NCBI RefSeq assembly: GCF_003918875.1
Contig: NW_025765296.1
Location: 1-64,000 of the forward strand
DNA length: 64,000 nucleotides
Source: Haliotis rubra
Lineage: Eukaryota
Direction of reading: 5' to 3'
Part shown: one piece after another, positions 10,973 through 23,713 of the stretch
Layout of the letters: each line of letters begins with the position of its first letter
Position numbering within the stretch: the first letter of the stretch is position 1
Position numbers and translations under genes: made by a program
The notes under the pieces: generated by a model
The model's database searches: none
The model's input: only the letters and a program-made list of their open reading frames with translations
Told to the model about the DNA's origin: nothing

Positions 10973-13900
10973 TTGTTCTTTTAATCCTCAGAAACTGGGC
11001 ACAACCTCAAATACTGTCATATTTCTGGATGATATATATGCACACATATTTTTACAAATATGAACAGAAGAATGGAGACAGTGGTTGGGTTGCGTTGTGA
11101 AAATGCTTTCAATGAGGATCTCGATAAATTTCAATAATAATACATTTATCACAACCTTTTTAAAAATAGAGCCCTGACAATTTATGTTTCAAGGTCTTGT
11201 ATTGTTAAACTAAAAAGGCCACATCATTGATGGTGTAGCCTATGAAATCAAATGATTTGTGTGGAGTTTTAATCACTCATAATTTGTATTTACGCCTTTT
11301 TACAAAACATGAATATGTATACACTATTGTAGTTTTCAAACAAATCTTCTGGTGCTAGAATAGTGCTTAAGGTGGCATAAAATTAAACTCGCACACTCCA
11401 AGCTAATCAATAAATATGATATCACACATAAAGCCAACATACAAATAGAGAGAAAGAGAAAATCTCCAAATAACCTACCTCATCAGCGCATAGAGTCGTC
11501 CTTGTTGTAAGTGTGTTGGTGCGAGCAGCAGGCCCAAATCCTTCGTGGTGTAATATATTGTTCACTAATGTTAATACAGGACCATATCAATCCCAGGGAC
11601 GCATAAAGCCATAATCGATACATACCAGGTCACCTTGACAAGAAAATGCACATTTAACCCTTGAAATACCATGGTTTATTTAAACAATGTAAATAAATAG
11701 ATTCAAGAACTTATCTATATAGATTGAGTATGAACTGCCGCCATTTCAGCCATGATCGAAAAAGTATTTTCCAATACATGTGCTAAGGTTTTCGTCTTTT
11801 AACTCAAAACGTTTATCGCCACAGGTGATATGACTATGAATAACCCCAAATGCAATCTCAGTATTACATAAAACTGTAATTATAGCAATAAAGACAATGA
11901 TGGAAATTCTCACCTTGCTAAAAATGACATGACATGACAGACATATAAACGGAAACAAAAAGGCTCATAATTGCAATCTATGAAGCCTGTGTGTATGTGG
12001 TTTGTGTACAACGTTCCTTTCCTGTCGTAAAGTTGATATGTCTTGACATCAAGGTGGTTACAGCTTACACTCGGAATGATCCAGGGGCTGAATCGCGACA
12101 ACCTAAGAATGTATTACCAGTTATAGTGTGTTGTCATTTGCAAGATAAGCACACTGAACGTTTATGTACCAACCGAAGTAAAACCAAGCCGAAGGACTCT
12201 TTGCCTGCCAACACGCCGATTTATAGTCGACAAGGGGAAGATAGCTGTCAGGCCTATACTCGAGTACATTTACAACGCGTGACGTTTTGCAAGTGAATTG
12301 AAAACTACTTGAGTCAAAGTGACCGTACTGTCCGTACTGTTTAACAAGTGAAAAGACTTATAAATGCAAATTTAAAAAGTGAGTGAGAATGATTTTACGC
12401 CGATTTTAGCCATATTCCAGCAATATCACGGCGGCAAATTTAAAAAAGATGAATATGTCTCTCAAGAATTTCCGATATGAATTAATAAATAGATATACGA
12501 TACAAAAATAATCTTTTCTGATTAATGAAAAAATACATTTTATTCACAGTGGATGTCCACTCTTCAAGACTCCAGTTAACTGATTTCAGATTACAGAATC
12601 TTTTCTTTTCACTACAAAAAGTCCATCCACGTCAATCTTTATAATGTTATATTATAATGGCTGATATATCTGCCATATTTCTTGGTCAAGTGTGAATGTA
12701 CGAGTGAAAGTTGTGAAAACATTCAATCTAAGCTTTACTTTCTAAAATGCATGTGTGCTTTGACACCAGCAGCTTATTATCACTATTCATTTTGGTATGT
12801 ATGAATCCTTCATTGTGTTGGGTTTTTCTTCAAAAGGGCACAAGAAATTCCCTGGCCTTTGCCCCACCTGTAACAGGGATTCAGCAAAAAAATACATTAT
12901 TAATTACAAAAACAAGGAAGTAAATGTGCATCATTGCCAAACAACCATTGCACAATATTTACGTACTTAATGAGCTGTAGCAGATCTTTATTCTTGGCTT
13001 CTTGTCAGAGGGGTGATAAAACAGCAGCTTGTTATGACGTCCTCGTGGGAATTACAGGTGGCATGTCTCCCAAGCATCGTAAAAGGGTGGTAATTCTAAT
13101 GTGCTTGAAAACTTTCCTTTAGAAGGTAACACATAACAACATAACACTGATTATGAAATTAATTCTGTTATTCAGTTTATAATAACCTATAACCGTTGTT
13201 GGTGGTATAATGAACTGAGTAACATTAAAATGGTACTAAATCATACATTTACACAAATATTGTTTGTCTTTAGAACAATATCTGACTGGAACTCTTCAGA
13301 AACTAACATAGTTTAGATGTAATAGAATAGGACGACCTGATACCAACGTTCTATCTCTATTTATGAATAAATTTGCAATTACTTCTATAGCAGTACATTG
13401 GCTAACCAAACATTAAATTTTGAGACTGTTTCCTGAAACCTAAAACAATAATGCCACGCCCATTAACGGACTCATGTTTCCTGATTGACTAAAAACAGAA
13501 TGTGTGCGGCTTGTGTTGCTTTGGTGATTTTACTGGATTTCCAGTACACCCTACACATATAAACAAACCTGATAATTTACAAGTTGTCATACAGCTGGAA
13601 TATTAGTCAGTGTGGTCGTAAAACAGACAAAACGAAATACACCCCAAGCTCCAGAAAGTAGCAGCCGTCGGGGAGGAGAACTCGGGCTGTGACTCGGATC
13701 CCGATGGCGTTGATGATTTGATTTATTACAAATATGAAACTTTATGACTCTGTTCCCATTTCAGTCCGACTTATTAGGACGGGTTGGTGGCATTTCTATC
13801 ACCATTCATTAAACCAAGATTGATTAGAGATGGGTTCATTTTGTTTTAAAACTACAGCTCGGTTAATTGCTGTTCGATTAACTGCGAAAACTGCACTTTG

Positions 13901-14059
13901 CTGGAACTAGGTTCTCTCAGGCTATTTTTATGTCTCACATAAGTGTTTTCGGTGCCTCACCAACAACCCAGACATTAGACAGTGGAAGTGGTTTCATTCT
14001 TCCTTGCTGGGTGGCAATTGCTTGAGAAACATTTTGCGAGTGGTTTGTGTGGATTTTGG

Positions 14060-14222
14060 AGGTAAGGGACGGATCGGGTGGGCAAGCTCGCTGACTTGAT
14101 TGATGCTTCTTTTAGATCCATGCTCATGATGTCAGTCACTGGCTTTCAGGTTCCAGACTTGATTTTTACAGGCCGCCGTCATATAACTGGAATATTGCTG
14201 AGTACAGCGTTAAACAACACAC
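14060..14222 (+). mobile_element. SINE family 2, partial copy
   Basis: Aligns by eye to 49955-50125 (GGATCGG..GCTGACTTG..CCAGACT..GGAATATTGCTGAGT). Confidence 0.7.
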
Positions 14223-14869
14223 AAACTATAATATTGTACAGGACGTCTTTACGATCACTGTTTTTCAGCTATTCCCCACACACAAAATTTACCATGATTT
14301 TGCCAAGGTTCAAGTTTTGTTTGTAATACAAATATATATAAGAGATTGTATTATTTTCATAAGCAATGCATTCATTTATAAAACCAATTCAGCAAATGAA
14401 AAATGGACTAGCTTCCAGTAGGTACGCTCTTTACAATTCCGTCCGGGCAACACAGTAATCCGGCTACATGGGTCCTTGACAGTTATGTTAACTAATACAG
14501 CGAGCAGGTGTTCTGCCTCCACCGTAGTGCCCCTCTTTAAGATTCAGAAGGAATTAGCGTTCGAGTCAGTGAGTAAATATTGCTTAACGTCCCTTCAGTG
14601 CTACGTAAAAGGTGAAAAGTACGCCCAAAATGTGCTAAGTGAATATCACATAAAATATCACAGTTGACAATACTTCAGCTTAATCACTGCACTCTATTAT
14701 TACTGAGTCTTGAGAAAGGCAGGCAAAGTTCCAGTATGAAGCACGGTCCACACCACTGGACACAATGACACTGTGTCAATTATCTTAAGCCTCAGATGCC
14801 ATCATGGGGAGCAAATGTTCCCAGAATGTCTTCCATGTTTATAATGAACATGTACAATGTATAAATATA

Positions 14870-15743
14870 CTCCCTCACAAAAAGTTAAAGCAACACAATT
14901 TTAAGTCTCATTACATTTTCATTTATTGAAATTGCAAATCATGGAATGATGTAATAGACAGAGTGAGACATGTACACACGAAACAAAATGAAATGAAATG
15001 GTATTTAGCAATGGCAGACTTACAAATCATCAAAGTATGTACCCGTGAAACAGTCGAATTGCAAAATGTGCTGCATTGATGGAGCAAAATGTTAACATTA
15101 AAGGTTCAAGTCCGTTTTTTCGACAGTGCGTAAGCAGTGTTCCGTACGTGCGGTATGACCACATTGAGCACAAATGCAAGCTTCTACAAGCCTTCGTGAT
15201 TAACCAAAATGAGCCTTTCAAGTTGGTGTTGTGGAATGTTCTGCCATTCTGTAACGCCAGCTCAAGGCCATCCAGAGTCAGGGGTGAACATGGAGACCAT
15301 AAACAACGACTTCCAATAATGCCCCAAAGCATGTTCAATGGGATTAAGATCAGGTGACCTTGCAGGCCAGTGCATATGTGTGATGTTGTTAATCTAAAGG
15401 CATTATCATCCATGGACAGGCATTATCATCCATAAAAATGAAGTTTGGACCCGCTTCTTGTACCAGAGGAATGATTACAGGTAGGTTTACACCGATAAGG
15501 GTGCATGTGTGAAGAGTGGGGCACATTCATGCCACACATTTTGCATGTTGTTGATTCTGAGGGTGGTTGTGTTGGGGTGATGTTGTCAATGTTATAAGAC
15601 AAACCAATTTGACAGTCACTAAGAAAGGTTATGTATTCTTTAAATATTTACCTTTCAGTAACATGTTGGCAAAAATCACTATCAAGATTGATAAAGATAT
15701 TACACTAAAAAAATAAGTGTTGCTTAATTTGTTTTGTGAAGAG
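14870..15743 (-). mobile_element. Internally deleted Tc1-like DNA transposon
   Basis: TIRs CTCCCTCACAAAAAGTTAAAGCAACAC / GTGTTGCTTAATTTGTTTTGTGAAGAG, TA on both sides; transposase motifs MDDNA and WPARSPDLNPIEHA on the minus strand. Confidence 0.9.
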
Positions 15744-15931
15744 TACATCTCACTTTCCGTTGTGGTGATGCTAAGATCTTTGGTTTTTGGTTATAATCTC
15801 ACATTTACCCTTTCATGATCTTTTATGCCATATCTGTATCTGATAAATTATTATAAAACAAATTTGCTATCGATAAGAACCACATTCACATTCCACTGTA
15901 TACAATGACATAAAAAGTACACCAATACACT

Positions 15932-15934
<3 letters not shown>

Positions 15935-15970
<36 letters not shown>
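15935..15970. repeat. (CA)n microsatellite
   Basis: Seen directly. Confidence 0.95.
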
Positions 15971-15972
<2 letters not shown>

Positions 15973-16365
15973 TATTCATGTATAGATACATGTAAAACGA
16001 GGTAAGTGGATACAGCTTTTGAGAGGGTTTGTTTTTTGTTGCATACTTCATTTTCACCCATTTTTCAATGGTCATTTAATAAACTCTCAATTTTTACAAA
16101 AGGAGGGGTGCACATTGCTGGAATGTTGCTGAGTGCAGTATTAAAACATCAAACCAAACCAACTAAAAGTGATGGGGTTGTTGCAAACACTAATGACCAA
16201 CAAACAATGGTCATAAAGTACTATTGTGATATAATAAATTGAAACACAAACAGAATAAGTCAGTAATCCCTGTTTTTTATGCCACTTTTAATACACTTCA
16301 GTAACACATAATAGGGACACCAAACACAGCATGAGAAGATGTTTCTCTGATACAATTATGTGTCT

Positions 16366-16512
16366 TCAAAATGTGTACAAAATGAGGTGACCACTGCAGC
16401 ATTGGTTGGTCATCTGGTCAGCCCTCTTTAAGGTGGAACTTATGGTCTTCTGCAAGAACGTCTTGTGATGTCCACAAATATGGCCCATCATTGCTACTTG
16501 CAGTGGAGTCCA
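16366..16512 (-). CDS. FANCE: FANCE homologue, last exon (exon 11)
   Basis: AG acceptor; WTPLQVAMMGHICGHHKTFLQKTISSTLKR matches the FANCE C-terminal 'xTFLRKSLxAALKxL'. Removing one G from AGGG gives KRLTR* ending at 16410. Confidence 0.75.
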   Translation of the reverse strand, partial: WTPLQVAMMGHICGHHKTFLQKTISSTLKRADQMTNQCCSGHLILYTF

Positions 16513-16682
16513 CTGCAAACAAAAGAACAAATGTCATGATGTAGTGCCTGACTGTCATGAACATTCATTTACACCCGAGAAGAGATATTGTGGGTTTAGG
16601 CCACTGTCAGCGATCAAGAGTCTTCCAGCTAAACACGACTGTCTACAAATACATGAGTGAGTGGTATTGTGAAAATGCTATT

Positions 16683-16916
16683 CAGGGGTGGAAATAACCC
16701 ATTGCCCGAGTCCAGTGTTTTTCCAGTCGGGCAAGCAAATTTGTATATCACACTGTACCAATGTCGAAAGTTGACTTTCCAATGTTAATTATGTTGTTTA
16801 TTTTAAACAATCCAACAAGACAATTGGCGGTATAGAGGAAAAATTATCAGGGCAAGTGATTTTACATGCCACTGTACCAGTGTACACTAGCAATTTTAAT
16901 GTTATTTCCACCCCTG
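16683..16916. mobile_element. MITE, TIR CAGGGGTGGAAATAAC (copy 1)
   Basis: Perfect 16-bp TIRs; second copy at 25497-25728. Confidence 0.85.
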
Positions 16917-17883
16917 CTAGTGAAGGCAGCTGGGGTGCAATGATGTTTGATTCATTTAGGTTGCCCTCATGAAAGGCATAGGTTATTGAGGATCTGTTCT
17001 CTTCAGGAATTCTCATGGGGTCACCAATACTCTAGCTTTTGTCATAACAGCAAGTAAATATTCAAAGTATGGACAACGATACTTGTGTTTGGCAGCTTGA
17101 CTCCTGAAAGTTCCTAGGTCTTCTGTCCTGCCCCACAGTGAAGCTCACATGTGGTCTCTCCTCAGGCAAGTGTGTTTGTTGAAAATTGGCTCTGTTCAAC
17201 CAGCAGAAAATGGGTACCCAGTGGGATAGGTAATATGACTATTAACCTTCTAAAGCCTCAAAGGCAGCGTGGGTTATCACGGTAATAATGTCCATAAAAG
17301 TTTATGAGCATGTCCCTGGAGCGTGAAGTGCAGTGATATTTAAGTTCCATATCATATTATTAAGGCATTGGTGAACATACCTGGCTGATTATGTTGTCAT
17401 AGTACCCAAATGGATGTCACAGCATCATGTACATACATTCTAGGACGTGGCAAACAAGTGGCTGTTATCTATCATGAGCATTGACCCATATTACTAACTT
17501 GAGTCTGTTCCACAAAACAACCTTAGTGCTGTTTTAAAGTGTTGGAGCTACAAGAAGGGAACGCTTTGATGATGGATTTCTGCTCATGCTGTCATACCAC
17601 AGGTTATCAAGTCTGGACAGGAATACTGACTTTGAATAATCCAATTTATCACAAAATCATACCATGAATTTTGAAATTACTCAATTCTGATTGGTTAAAC
17701 AGGAAGTATCTAATCACAATAACCACAAAAAGTGTAATATTTGTATAAATGTACTAATTTCTTTGTCATTGTTGGCATTCATTTTAAAATAATTACATCA
17801 ACTATTAGTTTTAATAAACGGAAGATACTGGAACTTAAGTGTATATGGAAGGTTTCTGATGTGAAAATAACATTCATATTCAC

Positions 17884-18087
17884 CTGTTTGGCATATTTAT
17901 TAACAAAGCTCAACAGCAGTTTCCCCAAACTTTAGATTACTATGGAACTGGTTTGCAGACCGAGACAAGCAATCCAACATGGCTGTTGAATCTTCTTCAT
18001 CATCCAAATCAGGCTTGGTATCCATAGCAAATATGAAGAAGGGTAAGTGAAGGCTCACTAAGCATCACAGTCTGTCTGACAAACATC
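17884..18087 (-). CDS. FANCE: FANCE homologue exon 10 (two +1 indels)
   Basis: AG/GT bounded. MFVRQTVMLSEPSLTLLHI/AMDTKPDLDDEEDSTAMLDCLSRSANQFHSNLKFG/KLLLSFVNKYAKQ after removing one T and one G in homopolymers. Confidence 0.7.
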
Positions 18088-18325
18088 CTGCAAGCCAACA
18101 TTTTCAAAAACTTTCATCTATTGTATTCTACAATGTGCTTTCTTCCGTAAACTGATCAACATCACTTATTGACATACAAACATTAGCAGCTTGGAAAACA
18201 GATTTGAAACAGAGGTATTTATAAATGTTTACAAACATCCTATCAATAGTCTTACATTTCTTTCCACATATTGTTGGGAATTTCAAATGTGGAATGTTAT
18301 GCACTGCCTTTTACAAGAGCATTAC

Positions 18326-18401
18326 CTGAGCAGATAAGCATGATGGCTTGGCAACAGAGAGTCTTTACACAGGCGACAAAGAATCTCACTCTGGGCTGCA
18401 C
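18326..18401 (-). CDS. FANCE: FANCE homologue exon 9
   Basis: Phase 1 to 2; AAQSEILCRLCKDSLLPSHHAYLLR resembles FANCE PAQTELLCCLVK.ESL. Confidence 0.8.
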
Positions 18402-18435
18402 CTGGGATACAGAGTAGGAAACAGATACTTCTGAA

Positions 18436-18598
18436 GTGAGTGAGTGAGTTTGGTTTTACACTGCTTTTAGCAATATTCCAGCAATATCACGTGGGGACAC
18501 CAGAAATAGGCTTCACACATTGTACCCATGTAGGGAATCGAACCAGGGTCTTCGTGTGATGAGCTAACACCTTAGCCACTAGGCTACCCTCAGCGCCC
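18436..18598 (-). mobile_element. tRNA-derived SINE family 1
   Basis: A box TAGCCTAGTGG, B box GGTTCGATTCC, (ACTC)n tail; many copies in the window. Confidence 0.85.
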
Positions 18599-18616
18599 AG
18601 ATACTTTTAAGTGTGA

Positions 18617-19475
18617 ACAAGTGTGTTTGCCACTGATATGGCAATGTCTCCTACCGCTAAAGAATGGAATATCTATATTTACTACTTTTCATTTTGGGTC
18701 ACATACAAGATGCCTGAAATGACTGGTGTCTGCATAATTACCCAATGTAGGCTGTCAATATACTTAGAAAACATTGGGTGCAATGTTTTATGAGATATCG
18801 CCTTTAAAAGAGGTCAAAGTATCGTGGTGACCTTGAAGATAAGGTCAGGGTCACCCAAATAAACTGGTGTCTGTGCAATACTCCAAATGTAAACTGTCAC
18901 CAAATTTTAAGACATTGGGTACAACAGTTCATGAGATATCTGCTAACAAGAGTTTGAAAAGTGGTCAAAGTGTCGTGGTGACCTTTGAAATTATAGTCAA
19001 GGTCACCCAAATCGACTGGTGTCTGCGTAATCCCCAATGTAGGCTGTCACCAAATTTAAAGACATTGGGTACAACAGTTCATGAGATATCATCACGCTTA
19101 ACAAGAGTTTGAAAAGTGGTCAAAGTGTCGTGGTGACCCTTGAAATTAAGGTCAAGGTCACCCAAATCGACTGGTGTCTGCGAATCCCCCAATGAAGGCT
19201 GTCACCAAATTTGATGATATTGGGTACAATGTTTCATGAGATATCGCTTTAACAGGAGTTTTGAAAAGTGGTCAGTGTCGTGGTGACCTTGAAAATAAGG
19301 TCAAGGTCACCCAAATCGACTGGTGTCTGCGAAATCCCCAATGTAGGCTGTCACCAAATTTGAAGACAATGGGTACAACAGTTCATCAGATATCAGCGTT
19401 AACAAGAATCTGGACATACAGACGGACGGATGGACACCGCTGAATACATAGTCCCAAGTTGCGAAGGGACAAAAA
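18617..19475. mobile_element. HINE / non-autonomous Helentron-like element with ~150-bp internal tandem repeats
   Basis: Starts AACAAG; 4-5 tandem ~150-bp units; (GACG/GATG) microsatellite; terminal hairpin GTCCC..GGGAC and an A-run. This is the standard mollusc HINE layout. Confidence 0.8.
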
Positions 19476-19975
19476 GCAACAGTAATGCAGATCTTGTAGA
19501 TAAAACATTTGGATTATTCCAAGTATACTTTTCATAGAAATATACATTATGGACCACTTCTAAAATGGGAGTCAATTCTCCACCTCTGGGCATCTGCATA
19601 CCACTTGATTTGTCTTGACATATGCTTTAAGAACTCTTCAGTTACATCAGAGTGGACAGCTGGCACAAGTAACTTTACAGTGGGATTTTTGCATGGACTG
19701 CACGACCATGTGTCCCTGAAATGCTCCTTGGGGATTTACTGATGAATAGGTTCCCAGTAATAGGCCATCAAAAAGATGATCAAGAGTTTAGCATGGTTCG
19801 CTCAGTGATTAGGCCAACTCGGGTGTTATTATAGCCATGTTCATGGATGACTGGTCATGTTTCCACAACTTGTCTGTCCGTCTAGTCATGATTATTTATA
19901 GGGACGCCATTACAGAATAAGAATGGTGTTGAGCATAGGCTGTGCATCATCCAGTACATCTAGAAATCCACCCAC

Positions 19976-20097
19976 CTAATTCCTGTACTACAGATGGAAC
20001 CACTATAGCATCAATGGAGTTGATGAGGGAAAGTCTCGGCCAGTGAGATCAGTGTGTCCTGCAGTGTCCTCGCTGCTGACTGCTCCAGGCTCCTCAC
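19976..20097 (-). CDS. FANCE: FANCE homologue exon 8 (one +1 indel)
   Basis: AG/GT bounded; VRSLEQSAARTLQDTLISLAETFPHQL/IDAIVVPSVVQEL resembles FANCE ILSL..SASRLL..AL... Confidence 0.75.
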
Positions 20098-20159
20098 CTA
20101 AAATCATGCAGATGTTTGTACTTTTCCCAGAGATCTCAACCAGCAGTATTCGCTTTGTT

Positions 20160-20335
20160 TTGTTGGTTTGTTTGTTTGATGAACACTGCACTGCAATATT
20201 CCAGCTATATGGCGGCGGTCTGTAAATAATCTTGAGGAGTCTGGACCAGACAACAAAGTGAGGAACAGCATGAGCATCAATCTACTTAATTGAGATTCAA
20301 TGACATGTGTCAACCAGATGTGCAAGACTGACTGA
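20160..20335 (-). mobile_element. SINE family 2, partial copy
   Basis: Reverse complement of the 49985-50125 consensus. Confidence 0.7.
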
Positions 20336-20689
20336 TCTCAACAAGATGCAATATTTACCATATTAAGGGCCCCAAGCTTCAATGCGCCCAATCAACCAAT
20401 ATGTAAGTAATCTGTAAACAATCCTATTAAGACCAAAACTTTGCATTATATTTTGTGTACTATTACATGGATGAGGATATATTTGTCAAAATACTCTGTA
20501 AGTTAGATAGTGGATTCTGAGGGACTATTTGAATTATTTGTTCTTATATTGGCACATATCACAAAAAGTGATTGTTGACCAAATCCATGGAACACTCATC
20601 CCTGACATGTACAGATGTTTGGAAAACAGAAAATATCATTACCAAACTGCCTTGTCATTACTGTTGTGTGTACATTTTCACAGACATTA

Positions 20690-21234
20690 CAGTCCATTTG
20701 GCTCAAAACGGACCGATGAATTGCAATCTAACTAGAAAACTAATAAACTTCTTACTCAATGGCAATGATCATAATGAAAAGCTTATCATACCCACTCTGT
20801 GATGAATTTGCAGAATTTTTGTCCTAAAATAAAAAGTTGTTTAACAATCTATCATTAATGATATTGACACAGTTCACTGTTTGTTACAGCCGGAGTGCAG
20901 AGGACAGGCAGGTGTTGTTAGATAGCTTGCGTTCACAGACAAAGTTATTTATTCATTAACCTGTGCTGTGCAGTCTCCATCCGTTCTGCCAGACACCTGG
21001 TTGTCCGCTTTCTACCTACACTCCTCGTGAATAAAAATATGAACCGTGTCAATATTTTAATGATAGGATTGTTAAACAACTTTTTACTTTTAGGACAAAA
21101 ATTCTGCAAAAAACTTCACAGAGTGCATAATATGCTTTTGATTATGATCAGCAAGCCATTGAGTATTTTATGTTTATTTCGAGTTTTAAATTGCAATTTA
21201 TCAGTCATCGCTACTTTTGAGCCAAGCGGAACTA
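20690..21234. mobile_element. MITE with long (~185 bp) imperfect TIRs
   Basis: 20690-20876 is an inverted copy of 21040-21234; TA-flanked CAGT-type end, Tc1/mariner-like. Confidence 0.75.
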
Positions 21235-21316
21235 TAGAACTAAGTATGTTCACTACCACTTAGACTTCTGAAAACAAACTTGACCCTTTGCAGTTGGTTT
21301 ATTGGTCAAGTTTTTA

Positions 21317-21688
21317 GGTGAGGTGAGGTGAAATTGGGCTTTACGTCGCGTTAGCGAGAATATTTACGCTCATATGACGACGTGCATGCAGCTAATGTGT
21401 ATGTGTGTATGTGCGGCTGCTTGTACTAGCCCAGACTTAAGCTGGTTTTATAGTGCTAGCCCACTGAGATACCATGCGCGCAGTGAAGCATGAATACCCC
21501 ACTCAGACACATTATACTGACTCGAAGCCGACGCAGTCCTTGTTGTACCCATTAATGCCGAGCCAGGCGGGGACCAACAAGTACCATATTTTAACGTCTT
21601 TTGGTATGACGGTGGGGGGATCGAACTCCATGACCTTCCGGCTCCCCGGGCGGATGCTCTAAATCCACTACACCAACCGAGGCGGTCA
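21317..21688 (-). mobile_element. Full-length tRNA-headed SINE (Nin-domain-like, family 3) with 11-bp TSD
   Basis: TSD TCAAGTTTTTA at 21306 and 21689; A/B boxes followed by CATACCAAAAGAC; (CACCT)n tail. Confidence 0.8.
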
Positions 21689-22401
21689 TCAAGTTTTTAA
21701 GCACCCAGGATGCTTATTATGGCAAATTTGCTACAAGGACGCATTTACAGAAATTGATTTAACTGGCAATAATGTACATGTTGACATGAGAACATACTTG
21801 CACCAGACAAAGCATGGCATCACCCTGGTCCCATGAAACTAAATTAAAACAAGAATGCATAAACCTGTCAAAATAGTTATAATCTCAAGTCTCAGGACAC
21901 TGTGTCATGATTTTATATACATTTATTATGTAACTCTTCATCATATCCTAGTTGTGTAGATCAATGGTCATGGTGTTAATCACTGTATTGTCTGGTCCAG
22001 ACTATTTACAGACCAATCGTGATAGTTGGAATATTGCTGAGTGTGGTGTTAAAAAACAACCCAAACATAACTGGAACATGTACACAAAATGCTTGAAGGA
22101 CCCACATTTTAATGACTTCAAGAAAAGCAAATTCCACATAACACAGGAACACAGTATGTTAAACGAGTTTGTTTAAAGATTGATGTTGAGCAGACAACGT
22201 AAGGGTTGGTCGTCTCACTTCGTAGAACACTTTTATTTGTTTATCACGATGTTCTGTAAATGAGTGTCATCACCCAATATATGAACACACGGGTTTGACA
22301 TAACCTGCATCAATCTGTGCAATTCAGATACCATGACACGATTAACCAAGTCAGTGAGTTAACTTCCCTTTGAGTGGCATTTTAGAAGTTGGGAAGGAGT
22401 T

Positions 22402-22548
22402 AATATAGAACAAACTTTATGGATAATAACTTATTTAGGTCACAATGACTTTCGATACAGATTCTTGTACCTGTCAAGCAAGAATCTGTATCAAACGCCG
22501 CGACCTCTAATAAAAAGAAGTTGTTATCCATCAAGTTTGTTCTGTATT
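22402..22548. repeat. Imperfect palindrome, Penelope-like terminal repeat family
   Basis: Inverted arms with the AATAAA..GAAGTTG..ATCCAT motif; the insert splits a SINE and is flanked by duplicated CAAGTCAGTGAG. Confidence 0.65.
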
Positions 22549-23000
22549 GTACAAGTCAGTGAGCCTGACAACCTGGGTGCCGCTAGTACAAAACAACCTT
22601 AGCTTAAGATTACCTTTAAGTCTATGTTAAGGTATGGGAGCACGGTCACCAAAAAATCGTTTTGTACAAACGCATCCTGGGCCTCCTTTCAAGAAGCAAA
22701 CTTTACTAAGGTTAACCTTAACTCCCATTCTTTAACATTGCACTAAGGTTACCTTTAGTGACTTACGATCACCTAAGTGCTTTGGGAAAGGAGGCCCTGA
22801 TCCTGTTAGTCAACACTTATGAGTGAGTTGCTGAAGATCATCCCAAACCCAGATGTTCACAGCAGTAAAAGCATGGGTCGCTGAACACCAATTCTAACCA
22901 GTATCTTCACGGAGAAGGATAATACTTTCTAAGCCACCAACTGGCAGTAGCATCATATAACATGTTTTTTTATAGCTACCATTTTATCACATAAATTCAC

Positions 23001-23145
23001 CTTATCGGTGACTAGTCCAGCCAGCAGAGCCACACAAGATCTGTATGTCACGCCTCGGCCATCTTGACCAGCACCCTCCCCACGACGGCCAGGACTTGGT
23101 CTGGTAGGTTGGTCAACTCACTTGCTTTCGACACAGTGCTGTGAG
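23001..23145 (-). CDS. FANCE: FANCE homologue exon 7 (indels)
   Basis: AG/GT bounded; LTALCR/ELTNLPDQVLAVVGRVLVKMAE/VTYRSCVALLAGLVTDK resembles FANCE 'LC..L.L..LSD..L...' but needs frame corrections. Confidence 0.65.
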
Positions 23146-23613
23146 CTACACAAACAAGATTGCTTGAGTTTACTTTCTCACTGCTTTGAACAATGAACAA
23201 AACAGAAAGCAGAAATAGAGAGAAACATACAGAGATTCTCACCTTAGCGTCTTTTTAACACCTAAACATATCAACACAATTCTAGGAAAGTTAATAACTC
23301 TGAGGCTGGGCATTAAACTTTCATCGACAAGTTTATGAACCCTCATATTGAAAGACACACAGGTGGGATTCTGGTTGTCAGAGATATTTGTCCATCCTAC
23401 TTCAACAACATTAACCAGCATCTTGGGTGTTAAGCATACAACTAACCAGCTAACCAGTTAACCATTATGATGCAATTTCATTGTTGTAATATCTCCTGTG
23501 AGATACTGCATGATCTCATCCAAGCAACATCTCCTGAGGAAGCCAGTTCTAGATGATAAACCGACTTTTCCTGACAAGTAACCAGCATTGTGTAAAAATG
23601 TCAGACATAATAC

Positions 23614-23713
23614 CTTGTTGGGTGGTGTAAGCAGAATGGTTCAAGCTCCCTTCAATGCTTACACTGTCATCTGCAGACCCCAGAAGAATCTCCCGCAGTC
23701 TAATACCGTTATC
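23614..23713 (-). CDS. FANCE: FANCE homologue exon 6 (3' boundary uncertain; alternative donor 23663)
   Basis: TTTTCAG acceptor; DNGIRLREILLGSADDS, phase 0 compatible with both neighbours. Confidence 0.55.

Noticed and set aside
12560-14050. Exon-like and THAP-like fragments
   Set aside because: Multiple stops and only weak motif similarity; probably old transposon debris that cannot be assigned.
23239-23575. Additional FANCE exon(s) (ORF 23239-23421 with GTGAGA donor)
   Set aside because: Its phase-2 end does not fit the next exon, and the FANCE-like alignment is complete without it.
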